Position numbers and translations under genes: made by a program. Below are positions 1 to 9,090 of a DNA stretch of 64,000 nucleotides, in pieces; within the stretch, counting starts at the first letter, position 1; every line of letters starts with the position of its first letter. The stretch is from Nitrososphaeraceae archaeon (GTDB lineage: Archaea > Thermoproteota > Nitrososphaeria > Nitrososphaerales > Nitrososphaeraceae): contig DATGZA010000062.1 in assembly GCA_035297365.1 (NCBI GenBank), positions 1-64,000 of the forward strand, given 5' to 3'. Under the pieces are notes generated by a model that was given only the letters and a program-made list of their open reading frames with translations, was not told where the DNA came from and made no database searches.

Positions 1-379
1 AGAGGTATTGTTAGGAAAAAGGATAAAAAAGAATGAGAAAACAACATAAAGAACAATCCTTTGAAAATAAGATTTTTCCAACGTCAACAATAGTCTCACC
101 CACTCAAAACATTATATAAATTTGTTGGACGAATTTCACTATAATTTTGTTAGCTCCAAATAGAGTGAATTGAATGTCTTACCCCCTTAGAAGCAATTTT
201 TTTAACGTTTAATGTTGTTCCGTATAATTACAAGGCGCAGCGTAACCCTAATCCTCTGCATTACTATACGTTACTATATTTTCAAGATATATTACTTGAG
301 ATAAACAATGTGTGCTGATTCTAATGCGGTATTAACCAGTGTTAATTTATAAGATTTGGAAAACAAATGGGTTTACCAA

Positions 380-547
380 TTGCTAAACGAATAATTGCTA
401 AAAAGAGTTTTTGCAATGTTAGCAAAAAATGAAGATTTGCTAACACAATTTTCTAATAGTAAAGTAATTCTAGCAAAAGTTTGATAGCAGTTTTGCTACC
501 AAATTGTTAACTATTAATTACTTTTTTTACCTTTATTTGTTAGCAAA
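380..547. repeat. Cluster of TTGCTA/TAGCAA motifs in mixed orientation
   Basis: About 7 perfect and several near-perfect copies in about 170 bp. Includes a perfect 10-bp inverted repeat TGTTAGCAAA (417-426) / TTTGCTAACA (436-445) and a third TGTTAGCAAA at 538-547. Confidence 0.7.
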
Positions 548-719
548 TACTCTTTATACCTCCAACTGCACCCCTAGAGGCGATGCTTCTCATAAATACA
601 TCTGAACTTTCTATTATGTTACTTTGCATCCTTACTCTATCTCCCAATATAGCCCCACCGGTGATAGGACTAGTAGGATCTACAGCAATTATGGCAACCT
701 TGTATCCAAGGTTTTTTAT
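540..719 (-). pseudogene. meaB: Internal fragment of MeaB/ArgK-family GTPase (methylmalonyl-CoA mutase chaperone)
   Basis: Manual translation gives IKNLGYKVAIIAVDPTSPITGGAILGDRVRMQ...VFMRSIASRGAVGGI, matching the MeaB VDPxSPxxGGAILGDRxRM and RSxxxRG motifs. It is preceded by an in-frame TAG and has no start codon, P-loop or C-terminal half. Confidence 0.8.
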
Positions 720-760
720 CTAGAATCAAAGATTTCACGAAACCTTTCAATATACAAGAA

Positions 761-833
761 TGGACTGGGCGGGATTTGAACCCGCGACCTTTCGGATGCG
801 AACCGAACATTACTACCCCTGAACTACCAGCCC
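761..833 (-). tRNA. tRNA-Ala(CGC)
   Basis: Cloverleaf GGGCTGG...CCAGTCCA with G3:U70 pair. Anticodon arm is TTCGG-TTCGCAT-CCGAA and T-loop is GTTCAAATC. Confidence 0.96.
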
Positions 834-1046
834 TTGGATTCATTATTATTTTTTAAAGAATAATAAGTATTACCAGGGCTAAATAAAGTTTAAATAAAAG
901 TTCAATTTTATTTTATTTCGCAAAAAGATAGAATAAATATACACAATAAAAGAATCTTTATATTTTTTTTATAAATTCATTATGGAAAATAAAATCATTT
1001 TATTTATAGTTTATTTTTAGTGATGATTGATGAATAATAAAATCTG

Positions 1047-1062
1047 GGAAAAACATTATATA
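1047..1062 (+). promoter_or_regulatory. Putative BRE + TATA box of nirK
   Basis: Purine-rich GGAAAAAC followed by TTATATA (1056-1062), about 24-30 nt upstream of the ATG, consistent with a near-leaderless archaeal promoter. Confidence 0.5.
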
Positions 1063-1085
1063 GGAATAATTGACCTTGTCAAACA

Positions 1086-2699
1086 ATGAAACTACTCTTA
1101 ACCGGGATACTGATGGGTGTTCTAGTAGCTGGGCTTTTCATAGGTCCAATGTCTATAGGGATACCATTAGTTCAAAAAGTGATGGCTCAGGAAGATGAGG
1201 GACCAGTAAAACAAGTATTATTGGTTGCAAATGAACATCCACTGAAAATTGCTCCAGATAACATATTACATCCAGGCGGAATTGTATATGCCGCGATGAC
1301 GTTCAACGGAACAATTCCAGGACCAGTGATTGCTGGTGATGTAGGAGATATTCTAAATATTACTATTAGAAATGACGGTAAAGTTATTCATAGTCTAGAC
1401 TTTCATGCAGGAATAGGACCAAGCAACGTTTTGTCAGGAAATATTGCACCAGGTCAAACTAAACACGTAACCTTGCATGCCAATACTCCAGGTGCATTCA
1501 TGTACCATTGTGGTGCTGATGCATTGAATGGTGTGTGGGAACACATTGCTAACGGAATGTATGGTGCTGTAGTAATACATCCAGAGGAAGAAGAGCCAGC
1601 AAAAGAATTCTATGTGTCATTTGGTGAAAACTATAATTCCGCAGATCAAGGTTTATTTAAAGGAACTGGTGGAAAAGTTGGAACTTTTGACATTGGTAAA
1701 TTTGCCACTGAACAACCAGACCTTATATTAACAAACGGAATGGCTCACAAATATGTACCAAAAATAGGTGAATCAGCGAAAATAGTACTTAACGAAAATC
1801 CTGAAATATTTAAAGTCAAACCAGGAGATCTAACTAGATGGTATATCTTAAATCCAGGTCCAAATGGAGGCGTAGCTTTCCACTTTATAGCAGGTCAGAT
1901 GACTGTCAGAGATGGTCAAAATGAAGCAGGCGATAACTATGGAACACAAGATATAATGGATGAAACATGGTGGGTACCTCCAGGTTCTGCATCTGTATTT
2001 GAGGCAACATTCCCAGAAGCAGGTCTTTATGTCGCTGTTGATCACAACATGAATCATGTCGTAAGAGGTGGTGCATTTGCAGTCATGGCAGATGAAAATT
2101 CAACAGATACCGATCAACCAGTTGGAACAGCAGTTGCTCCAAAGGGAAGTGAGAGTGCAGTTGCATCGTGGAATCAACCATACGTAATGAAAGAAGCAGC
2201 AAAACTTACACAAGTTAGTACAACTGCTGAAGCAGCTAATGCAACAACAACCGCAGCAGCTACAGCAGCTAATACAACAACAACAACAACAACAGTTACA
2301 CAAAATGCAACACTAGTCCCAGAAGCATTTGCACAAGGTATGATGGGAAACGAGACTGGTATGATGGGAAATGATACTACAATGACGATGAATGCAACCC
2401 TTGCGTTTGCACAACAAGCAGTATCTATTGTCTCAGGTGCTTCTAACCCAAGCAATGCAGAATTCTTTTCTCCAAGCTCTGTAACGGTTAGTCCGGGAAC
2501 AGAAGTAACATGGACAAATGATGACGCAACTATTCATACTGTCGTACAAGGTAGTGCTGAGGCTCCAGTAGAAGCAGGATTCGATTCTTCAATCATAAAT
2601 GCAGGAGACTCTTGGGAACATACATTTGACACTGCAGGCACATTTGACTACTACTGTTCTTTACATCCCTTCATGAAGGGTACAGTAACAGTATCCTAA
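1086..2699 (+). CDS. nirK: Copper-containing nitrite reductase (AOA-type NirK) with C-terminal plastocyanin-like cupredoxin domain
   Basis: Signal peptide. HSLDFH, YHC...EHIANGM, AFHFIAG and VDHNM supply T1/T2 Cu ligands and the catalytic Asp/His. A Thr/Ala-rich linker leads to a C-terminal HTV...YYCSLHPFM blue-copper site. Confidence 0.92.
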   Translation: MKLLLTGILMGVLVAGLFIGPMSIGIPLVQKVMAQEDEGPVKQVLLVANEHPLKIAPDNILHPGGIVYAAMTFNGTIPGPVIAGDVGDILNITIRNDGKVIHSLDFHAGIGPSNVLSGNIAPGQTKHVTLHANTPGAFMYHCGADALNGVWEHIANGMYGAVVIHPEEEEPAKEFYVSFGENYNSADQGLFKGTGGKVGTFDIGKFATEQPDLILTNGMAHKYVPKIGESAKIVLNENPEIFKVKPGDLTRWYILNPGPNGGVAFHFIAGQMTVRDGQNEAGDNYGTQDIMDETWWVPPGSASVFEATFPEAGLYVAVDHNMNHVVRGGAFAVMADENSTDTDQPVGTAVAPKGSESAVASWNQPYVMKEAAKLTQVSTTAEAANATTTAAATAANTTTTTTTVTQNATLVPEAFAQGMMGNETGMMGNDTTMTMNATLAFAQQAVSIVSGASNPSNAEFFSPSSVTVSPGTEVTWTNDDATIHTVVQGSAEAPVEAGFDSSIINAGDSWEHTFDTAGTFDYYCSLHPFMKGTVTVS

Positions 2700-2700
2700 C

Positions 2701-2715
2701 TTTTTTCTTTTTTTT
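2701..2715 (+). terminator. Oligo-T archaeal terminator of nirK
   Basis: TTTTTTCTTTTTTTT directly after the stop codon. Confidence 0.6.
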
Positions 2716-2911
2716 AAAAATAAATAAAAATAAATAAAAAATAAAATAAATAACGTTTTCTAACAATAAACAAGATTTTTTGCCCTAAATAAATTTTCTA
2801 TTTAATATTAAAAGCATCGCAAAATTTATTCTTATTTCTTATCGTAATTTCAGTTAAAAAATAGTAACATAATTATTGTTATTTGAACCTCATGCATTTC
2901 ATAGATACTAA

Positions 2912-4414
2912 ATGCAAAATTCTTGTGATCTATTGGTAAAAAATGGTAATGTTGTTATACCAAAAGTTGGGGTTATTCAAACAAATATCCTTATTGAGAA
3001 TGGAAAGATAAAGAATCTTTCAAAAAGTATTGACAATATTTCTAGTGAAAAAATTCTGGACGCGTCAAAGAAATTCATACTTCCAGGATTGATAGACCCT
3101 CATGTCCATTACGGGGTTTACACGCCTATTGAAAATGCTGCAACAACTGAGTCAAGGTCAGCAGCAATAGGCGGAATTACTACTGTTATCAGGATGCTTA
3201 GATTAGATTCGCAATATCGACAGAGCATATCAGAACAGTTAGAAGCGAGTGCTAAAAGTCACTACATAGATTATACAGTACATCCCTCGATTCTAATGAC
3301 CTATCATCTTGATGATGTCTCGTATCTGTACAAAAAAGTTGGAATAAATTCCTTTAAATTATATATGAATCTGGGATCTGGTCTTAATCATATTCACATG
3401 GATTTAAATCCTAACGAAAAAATTGTTAGGAGTGGACACGTAAATATAACAGATGAATTTCTTGAGAGGATCGTGAAAACTACAACACATGATTTCAATG
3501 GAACTTTATTGGTGCATGCAGAAGATCCTCAGATGTGTTATGATTCGATAAAGAACAATATAGTCAATAAAAAACAGGATAGAAAGAAGAAGGAAACAAA
3601 AAATTATACTAACAAGACTAATAAAAATATAACTGGTAGTATAAAAGAAGACAATAAAAAACCAAATCTTCTTGAGATCTGGTCTAAATGTAGACCTTAT
3701 GAATCTGAGGTAAAAAGTATAAAAAAGATATCAAGACTTGCTAGGAAATATAAATCGAACATATATTTTGTTCATATTGGTTCCAGTACTGCAATCGATG
3801 CTATACTAGAAGAAAGAGAGTTAGGTGGCTGTAATCTCTACATCGAAACATGTCCTCATTATTTAACACATAGTTATGATTATGCCAATTTAAGGGGAAA
3901 GGTTGTACCGCCACTAAGATCCAAACATGACGTTCAAAGTATATGGTATGCATTAAGAAATGGAATTATAGACACAATAGGAACCGATCATGTTGCGAAC
4001 AGATTATCACTTAAAATTGTCGATGATGACTTGTTAAACTCGCTGGCGGGTTTCCCGGGAGTTGCTACAATGCTTCCTGTATTGTTAAGTGAAGGTGTAA
4101 ATAAGGGAAGAATTAATTTGGAAAGGGTTTGTGAAGTAACAAGCTATAATACCTCAAGAATCTTCAATATTTTTCCACAGAAAGGGTCAATTCAAGCGGG
4201 CTCTGATGCTGACCTTGTGATAGTTGATCTGGATCTAAGGAAGAAGGTTACTCCTGAACTGTTACAGTCATACTCTGACTATACAATATATGAGGGATGG
4301 GAATTTCAAGGATGGCCAGTAGCCACAATATGTAGAGGAAAAGTTATTGTAGAAAATTCTGTTGTGAATGATGAATATCATGGACATGGAAAGTTCCTAA
4401 CGCGTTTTATGTGA
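2912..4414 (+). CDS. Cyclic amidohydrolase (dihydroorotase / D-hydantoinase / allantoinase family)
   Basis: PGLIDPHVH, VHAED, ETCPHYL, PPLR, GTDH and GSDADLV motifs. The substrate cannot be resolved from sequence. Confidence 0.85.
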   Translation: MQNSCDLLVKNGNVVIPKVGVIQTNILIENGKIKNLSKSIDNISSEKILDASKKFILPGLIDPHVHYGVYTPIENAATTESRSAAIGGITTVIRMLRLDSQYRQSISEQLEASAKSHYIDYTVHPSILMTYHLDDVSYLYKKVGINSFKLYMNLGSGLNHIHMDLNPNEKIVRSGHVNITDEFLERIVKTTTHDFNGTLLVHAEDPQMCYDSIKNNIVNKKQDRKKKETKNYTNKTNKNITGSIKEDNKKPNLLEIWSKCRPYESEVKSIKKISRLARKYKSNIYFVHIGSSTAIDAILEERELGGCNLYIETCPHYLTHSYDYANLRGKVVPPLRSKHDVQSIWYALRNGIIDTIGTDHVANRLSLKIVDDDLLNSLAGFPGVATMLPVLLSEGVNKGRINLERVCEVTSYNTSRIFNIFPQKGSIQAGSDADLVIVDLDLRKKVTPELLQSYSDYTIYEGWEFQGWPVATICRGKVIVENSVVNDEYHGHGKFLTRFM

Positions 4415-4514
4415 CTGATTGTAAATTCTTTCAATAAATTTCTTTTGATAGTCTACTAATTTGATGTTCAATTTTTTTACTGTATCTTGTGCCAACACAT
4501 ATATTTATTCTGTT

Positions 4515-5396
4515 TCAACTTGAAATTTTAGTAAAAAAAGATCCATCAGAGTTTACACAGTAATAAGTAGTATTTTTAGTACTAGAAAATATTCCAACCT
4601 CAATCACTCCTGGGATACTCTTAATTTTAATTTCAAGTGCTGCAATATCAAATTTTTTTGTCAAATTATTAAATTCTGTGTCAAGGATAAAGTTTCCGTT
4701 TTCTGTGATGAACGGATATCCTTTTTTCAAAAACCTTATTTTGGGATATCCGCCAATCTGGTCAAGTTTTTTTGTAACCTCAACCCTCCCAAAGGGATGG
4801 ACCTCTATTGGTATTGGCAATGAAAAAGTGGAAACAAATTTCTGTGAATCTGCAAGTATTACTTTTTGCTTTGCAGAATACATTAGTATCTTTTCTTTAA
4901 ACAATGCCCCACCTCCACCCTTTATCATATTTAGTTTTTCATCTACCTGATCTGCGCCATCAATTACAAGGTCTATTTCATTGATTCTCGATTCATCTAA
5001 AAATCTTAAACCGCATTGTTCTGCAAGAATTTTTATTTGATAAGAAGTAGGTATGAATCCAAATACCTCTTTTCCTTCAAGTTTTGCTATCTTTTCAACA
5101 AGTAATGCTACCGTACTCCCGCTTCCTAAACCAATTATTATATCTTTATCGTTACGATCACCAATTTGGTAATTGTCTTTTTCTTTGGATTTGAGATTTT
5201 CATTTTGTTTTATCAAATTGATGAAAAACTTTTCAATGATATCATCTAGTACTAAATTATAGTAACTATTTTTGATATTGGTTTCCGTTTGACTGCTGTT
5301 TAAACGGTTAATATCGTTACCAGTATTGTCAATAGTACTACCCATATCACCCTCTTTATTGTTACCCCCTTTGATTTTCTCATAACTCTCTTTCAA
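4515..5396 (-). CDS. rpiA: Ribose-5-phosphate isomerase A
   Basis: GLGSGST, IDGADQVD, KGGGGALFKEK and TENGNFILD motifs. Long N/K-rich N-terminal extension, so the start is uncertain. Confidence 0.95.
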   Translation of the reverse strand: MKESYEKIKGGNNKEGDMGSTIDNTGNDINRLNSSQTETNIKNSYYNLVLDDIIEKFFINLIKQNENLKSKEKDNYQIGDRNDKDIIIGLGSGSTVALLVEKIAKLEGKEVFGFIPTSYQIKILAEQCGLRFLDESRINEIDLVIDGADQVDEKLNMIKGGGGALFKEKILMYSAKQKVILADSQKFVSTFSLPIPIEVHPFGRVEVTKKLDQIGGYPKIRFLKKGYPFITENGNFILDTEFNNLTKKFDIAALEIKIKSIPGVIEVGIFSSTKNTTYYCVNSDGSFFTKISS

Positions 5397-5533
5397 TATC
5401 TTTAAGATTCGCTAAATTACCATTAGATATATAACGTTTTATAGATTGTACATGTAATCTGATTTAAGTCGTTAATAGTCAAAATAATCGAATTCTTTTA
5501 ATAACTAACATTTTTATACTATTTTGTAAGTTA

Positions 5534-5947
5534 ATGTTCAGTAAAATCGGCTCTGTTATTTTATTGGTGGAAGACATGGAACGTTCTTTTGAATTCTATT
5601 CTAAAATACTGGGGTTAAAAACAAAGACAAAGTCCCCCGATTGGATCGAATTCTTTGATAAAGGAACTACTCTGGCTTTGCATCCAAGAAAAAGAAAGCT
5701 GGAAAAGGAAAATTATCAATATTCTAATATTAATATCTTGGTGGGATTTATGGTAGGTGACCTAGACAATCTGGTAGCAGATCTTCGTATAAAAAACGTC
5801 AAGTTTTTCAAAGAACCCAAACAAGAACCATTTGGTAAGCATACCATAATAACTGATCCTGACGGGCATTTGATTTCTATTGCCGAAATAACATCCAAAG
5901 AAACAACCGAAGAATTTGACTTGATAGGTTTCTTAGGTGCAGAATAA
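5534..5947 (+). CDS. VOC / glyoxalase-bleomycin resistance family protein
   Basis: V.DMERSxxFYxxILG, EPFG and DPDGH motifs. Confidence 0.85.
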   Translation: MFSKIGSVILLVEDMERSFEFYSKILGLKTKTKSPDWIEFFDKGTTLALHPRKRKLEKENYQYSNINILVGFMVGDLDNLVADLRIKNVKFFKEPKQEPFGKHTIITDPDGHLISIAEITSKETTEEFDLIGFLGAE

Positions 5948-6119
5948 TAAATAAATAAATAATAATAAATAATAAATAAGAAGTACACCACTCTTTTTCT
6001 ATTTAGACTAATAAGGTATTTACTAGTTATCTAATTTTTGTCATCTGATAGAACAAAAAGTTACATCTTATGTTCTCCTTTCTGTATTTTCCCTATATCT
6101 GATAGATTTTTTAAGAATA

Positions 6120-7376
6120 TTACTTTTCATGAAGAATTTTTAATATATTTCCCAATGGATTTCGGCTTTCTTTTATCTCTTTCTCTTTCTGTTTTATCTG
6201 TTGATTGATCTCGTTTTTCAATTCCTTTATACTTTCTGTCTCTCGTGTCGAGAAAAACGATCCTAAAGGAAATCTGTTTTTGCCACTATCTTTGTCTCCT
6301 TTATAGCCTTCACTATCCTGTCCATTTGTACTTAGCACGCCAGTTGATACTGTAGTATCTTGATTTTTGGTATTTTCATATACATCCAATAAAACCTCCT
6401 CATCATTTTTAGCCATCTTTAATCTGTTGACGTCAATATTGAACAATCCATAATGCTCTGTTTTCTGTTCGTGGATTTCTTGTCTGTTATTATTACTATT
6501 ATTGATCTTGGTATAAGATTCTATGTTATTATCCATTTCCTCTTCTATTGGTTTTGTATAATCAAGGCGATCTAAAGCAACCATTACTTTCTCTTTTATT
6601 TCCTCAATTCTTTTTTTGTCGTCAGAGTCTTCGATGTTGCTACCATCATATCTAGTTCTATTTGTTTGATCTGATTTGTAATCCACTAATTCTCTAGATG
6701 CTATTATACTGTCATCGATTCGGTCGCTTGGATATCTTGAATTTTGTGAGGTTTTGTCATCTTCGTTTATATTAGTTTTGTCAGTTGAAGTGCTGTAGTT
6801 GTTGTTATTTTTTGTGATGTTAAACTGGTTTTTTCCATCGATCTTTATACCAGGTACAGGTCCAATTTTTTTATTGATCTCTATTATCTTATCGTCTATC
6901 TGACCGATTTTTGTTTCTAACAAGTTCATAAAATCATTTCTCAGGTTGACTAATTTTGTTATGTCTATTTCCGATTGCATCCTTTCCATGTTTTCATTAA
7001 GTGATCTTAATTGATCTTTGTATTTTATAAGCAACCTATCTCTTTCAAAATGATCTATATTGTTCTCTCTAGATGAAACCAAAATATTTTCAATAGCGCG
7101 TGTAACAAGGTCTTTTTCAAACTGATACAATTTTACCTCATCTTCTAATACCTGTTCGCTCTTCTTCAATATGGTTTGCCCATCATTAGAATGATTTTCA
7201 AATTGTTGTAATTGCTTTTTGTTACCGAATGTATTACTAGTCTCAAAAACATGAATAAATGATCTAGAGGTTATCAATCTTTGTTTTATCTGGTTAAAAA
7301 AAATTCCAAAAACGATTCCAAAAATAATTGATACTCCAGCTATGATTATGAGATATAGATCATCTGCAATTAACAT
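6120..7376 (-). CDS. Hypothetical membrane-anchored coiled-coil protein
   Basis: 418-aa ORF with an N-terminal TM helix, a heptad-rich middle and a low-complexity C-terminal half. Confidence 0.75.
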   Translation of the reverse strand: MLIADDLYLIIIAGVSIIFGIVFGIFFNQIKQRLITSRSFIHVFETSNTFGNKKQLQQFENHSNDGQTILKKSEQVLEDEVKLYQFEKDLVTRAIENILVSSRENNIDHFERDRLLIKYKDQLRSLNENMERMQSEIDITKLVNLRNDFMNLLETKIGQIDDKIIEINKKIGPVPGIKIDGKNQFNITKNNNNYSTSTDKTNINEDDKTSQNSRYPSDRIDDSIIASRELVDYKSDQTNRTRYDGSNIEDSDDKKRIEEIKEKVMVALDRLDYTKPIEEEMDNNIESYTKINNSNNNRQEIHEQKTEHYGLFNIDVNRLKMAKNDEEVLLDVYENTKNQDTTVSTGVLSTNGQDSEGYKGDKDSGKNRFPLGSFFSTRETESIKELKNEINQQIKQKEKEIKESRNPLGNILKILHEK

Positions 7377-7500
7377 ACTACCGATACTACTCTTACAGAT
7401 CTATAATGATATGTTTATTTAAAATAATCCATTCGCTAGAGCATCTCTCTAATTCAAGTAATTACTGAAATTTATAGTTAAAACTAATAAAATGATTATA

Positions 7501-7671
7501 TTAAAGAACCTGTTTTTTAATCCAGTTATATTTTCTCATTTTTGGATCAGGATACCCACACTTTGAACATTCTTTTCCTCGTTTATGAAATGAGTTATGA
7601 CCGCATCTTCTACATCTGATATGGACTTTCTTTCGGGTATATTTTCCCATTGAAGTTGTTCCTTTTGTCAT
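7501..7671 (-). CDS. rpl37e: 50S ribosomal protein L37e
   Basis: Not in the ORF track. Manual translation [10 protein letters not shown]...[25 protein letters not shown]...RKYNW, located directly downstream of lsm. Confidence 0.96.
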   Translation of the reverse strand: MTKGTTSMGKYTRKKVHIRCRRCGHNSFHKRGKECSKCGYPDPKMRKYNWIKKQVL

Positions 7672-7730
7672 TCCTTAATTTTACCCCCTTTATTCTTTAA
7701 AATATAATTTATATTATTTATACCACTCTA

Positions 7731-7961
7731 TTATGATGGTGGCGGAGAAATAATCACTACATTATCTCCTCTTACAACTATAGTACCTAAATCTGCCGAT
7801 TTTCCTTCGTCTAAAATCTCAACGGAGTCATCGAGCAACAAATTCATATGTTGATCGAATCCATGAAGGACTCCTCTAATAACCTTTCCTCCCTTTAATT
7901 TTATCAATACAATCTTTCCAAAACTTTCATCCAAAACCTTTACGGCCATATCAATTGACAA
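7731..7961 (-). CDS. Sm-like archaeal protein (Lsm/SmAP)
   Basis: Sm1 GFDQHMNLLL and Sm2 VRGDNVVIIS motifs, with the conserved linkage to rpl37e. Confidence 0.95.
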   Translation of the reverse strand: MSIDMAVKVLDESFGKIVLIKLKGGKVIRGVLHGFDQHMNLLLDDSVEILDEGKSADLGTIVVRGDNVVIISPPPS

Positions 7962-8108
7962 TACTAAATCTACCTGTTACTAAGGAATGAATCATAGTTA
8001 TATATTAAAATTTCACTAAGTTGCTTGTTACTTTAAATCAATCATGAAACCTTATTTTTTTCAAAAATAGTGAAATTCACAAGTAATATTATTTAGTTTA
8101 TAGCCAGA

Positions 8109-8924
8109 TTATACCTCTTTTTTAAAATCATTAATTGTTTCTTCTATCTTGAAAACGAGATCTCTCAATAGCTCTTTTCCTTTCTCGGCCGATGCCTTCG
8201 TGGGATCTCCCCACACACCATTTCCAGTTATTTTTAGAAAGGAACCTGGAGTATTAGTAATACTTGCATAAGCTATTTTTGATTTCTTTACGATTTTGTT
8301 TCCTTTTGCACTTATATTATTATTATTGTCGTTGCTACTGTGCACCTTACACGATAGCTTCGATCGTCGAGAAATAATATGACTATTCAAATGTACAAGA
8401 TCTGGATCTATAGCCATTATAAGCGATGTCTCTATCTCGCCTGCATGGTCCAATACTCGCATCAAATGCCAATAATTGATAAAATTTATTGATACATTCT
8501 CGGAAATATCTCTATCTTCTGAAAATTTACTAGCATGATTTATTTCATTGAAAACGTCTTGGGATACATAGTGAAGTGCACCCATATTTCCATGGTGCCC
8601 ATTCAATATTATGACGTCTTTTATTCCAAATTTTATCAATGAGATGCAGATCTCCTTAAGTACGCGTGAAAAAGTCTGATGTGTCAGTGAAACATTGAAC
8701 ATAGGCTCATGTTCAAAAGATATACCAAAAGATAAGACAGGAAGACATATTGCATGAATATTCTCTGATACATTTTGTGCAAGGTATTCTGCTATGATGG
8801 AATCAGTTGATACTGGAAGGTGGTCTCCATGCTGTTCAAGCGATCCTACAGGAATGATGGCAAATTTTGAATCCTTCTTAATTTTCTGCAAGTCGTGATT
8901 TGTCATGATATCGACTCTAATCAT
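8109..8924 (-). CDS. Creatininase-family amidohydrolase (possibly ArfB-like deformylase)
   Basis: PVGSLEQHGDHLP.TD, NGHHGN, HAGEIETS and GVWGDP motifs. Confidence 0.85.
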   Translation of the reverse strand: MIRVDIMTNHDLQKIKKDSKFAIIPVGSLEQHGDHLPVSTDSIIAEYLAQNVSENIHAICLPVLSFGISFEHEPMFNVSLTHQTFSRVLKEICISLIKFGIKDVIILNGHHGNMGALHYVSQDVFNEINHASKFSEDRDISENVSINFINYWHLMRVLDHAGEIETSLIMAIDPDLVHLNSHIISRRSKLSCKVHSSNDNNNNISAKGNKIVKKSKIAYASITNTPGSFLKITGNGVWGDPTKASAEKGKELLRDLVFKIEETINDFKKEV

Positions 8925-9090
8925 TTTTGTAATTGTTATCTGACATTTGTATTATTTAGATTTAGTATATTCTAAGCGAATAAAACTTCAAATATTTTCT
9001 TTTTTCCTTTTGTTAACTAACTCTGATATGCTATCTGTCATTAAAATCTAGAAATATGGTAATTTTCTTTTTATCTTTTTTGTGATTTTT

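Noticed and set aside
380-547. CRISPR array or canonical replication origin
   Set aside because: Repeats are 6-10 bp, irregularly spaced and in both orientations. No cas or cdc6 gene is in view and no ORB-like G-string was seen.
2100-2455. Antisense poly-Cys and poly-Val ORFs
   Set aside because: Mirror translations of the ACA/GCA-rich nirK linker, not metallothionein or membrane genes.
2716-2753. AAAAATAAAT repeats, and similar AAT(A) and TAAC runs at about 5944-5980 and 47372-47389
   Set aside because: Simple AT-rich microsatellites in terminator regions with no evidence of further function.
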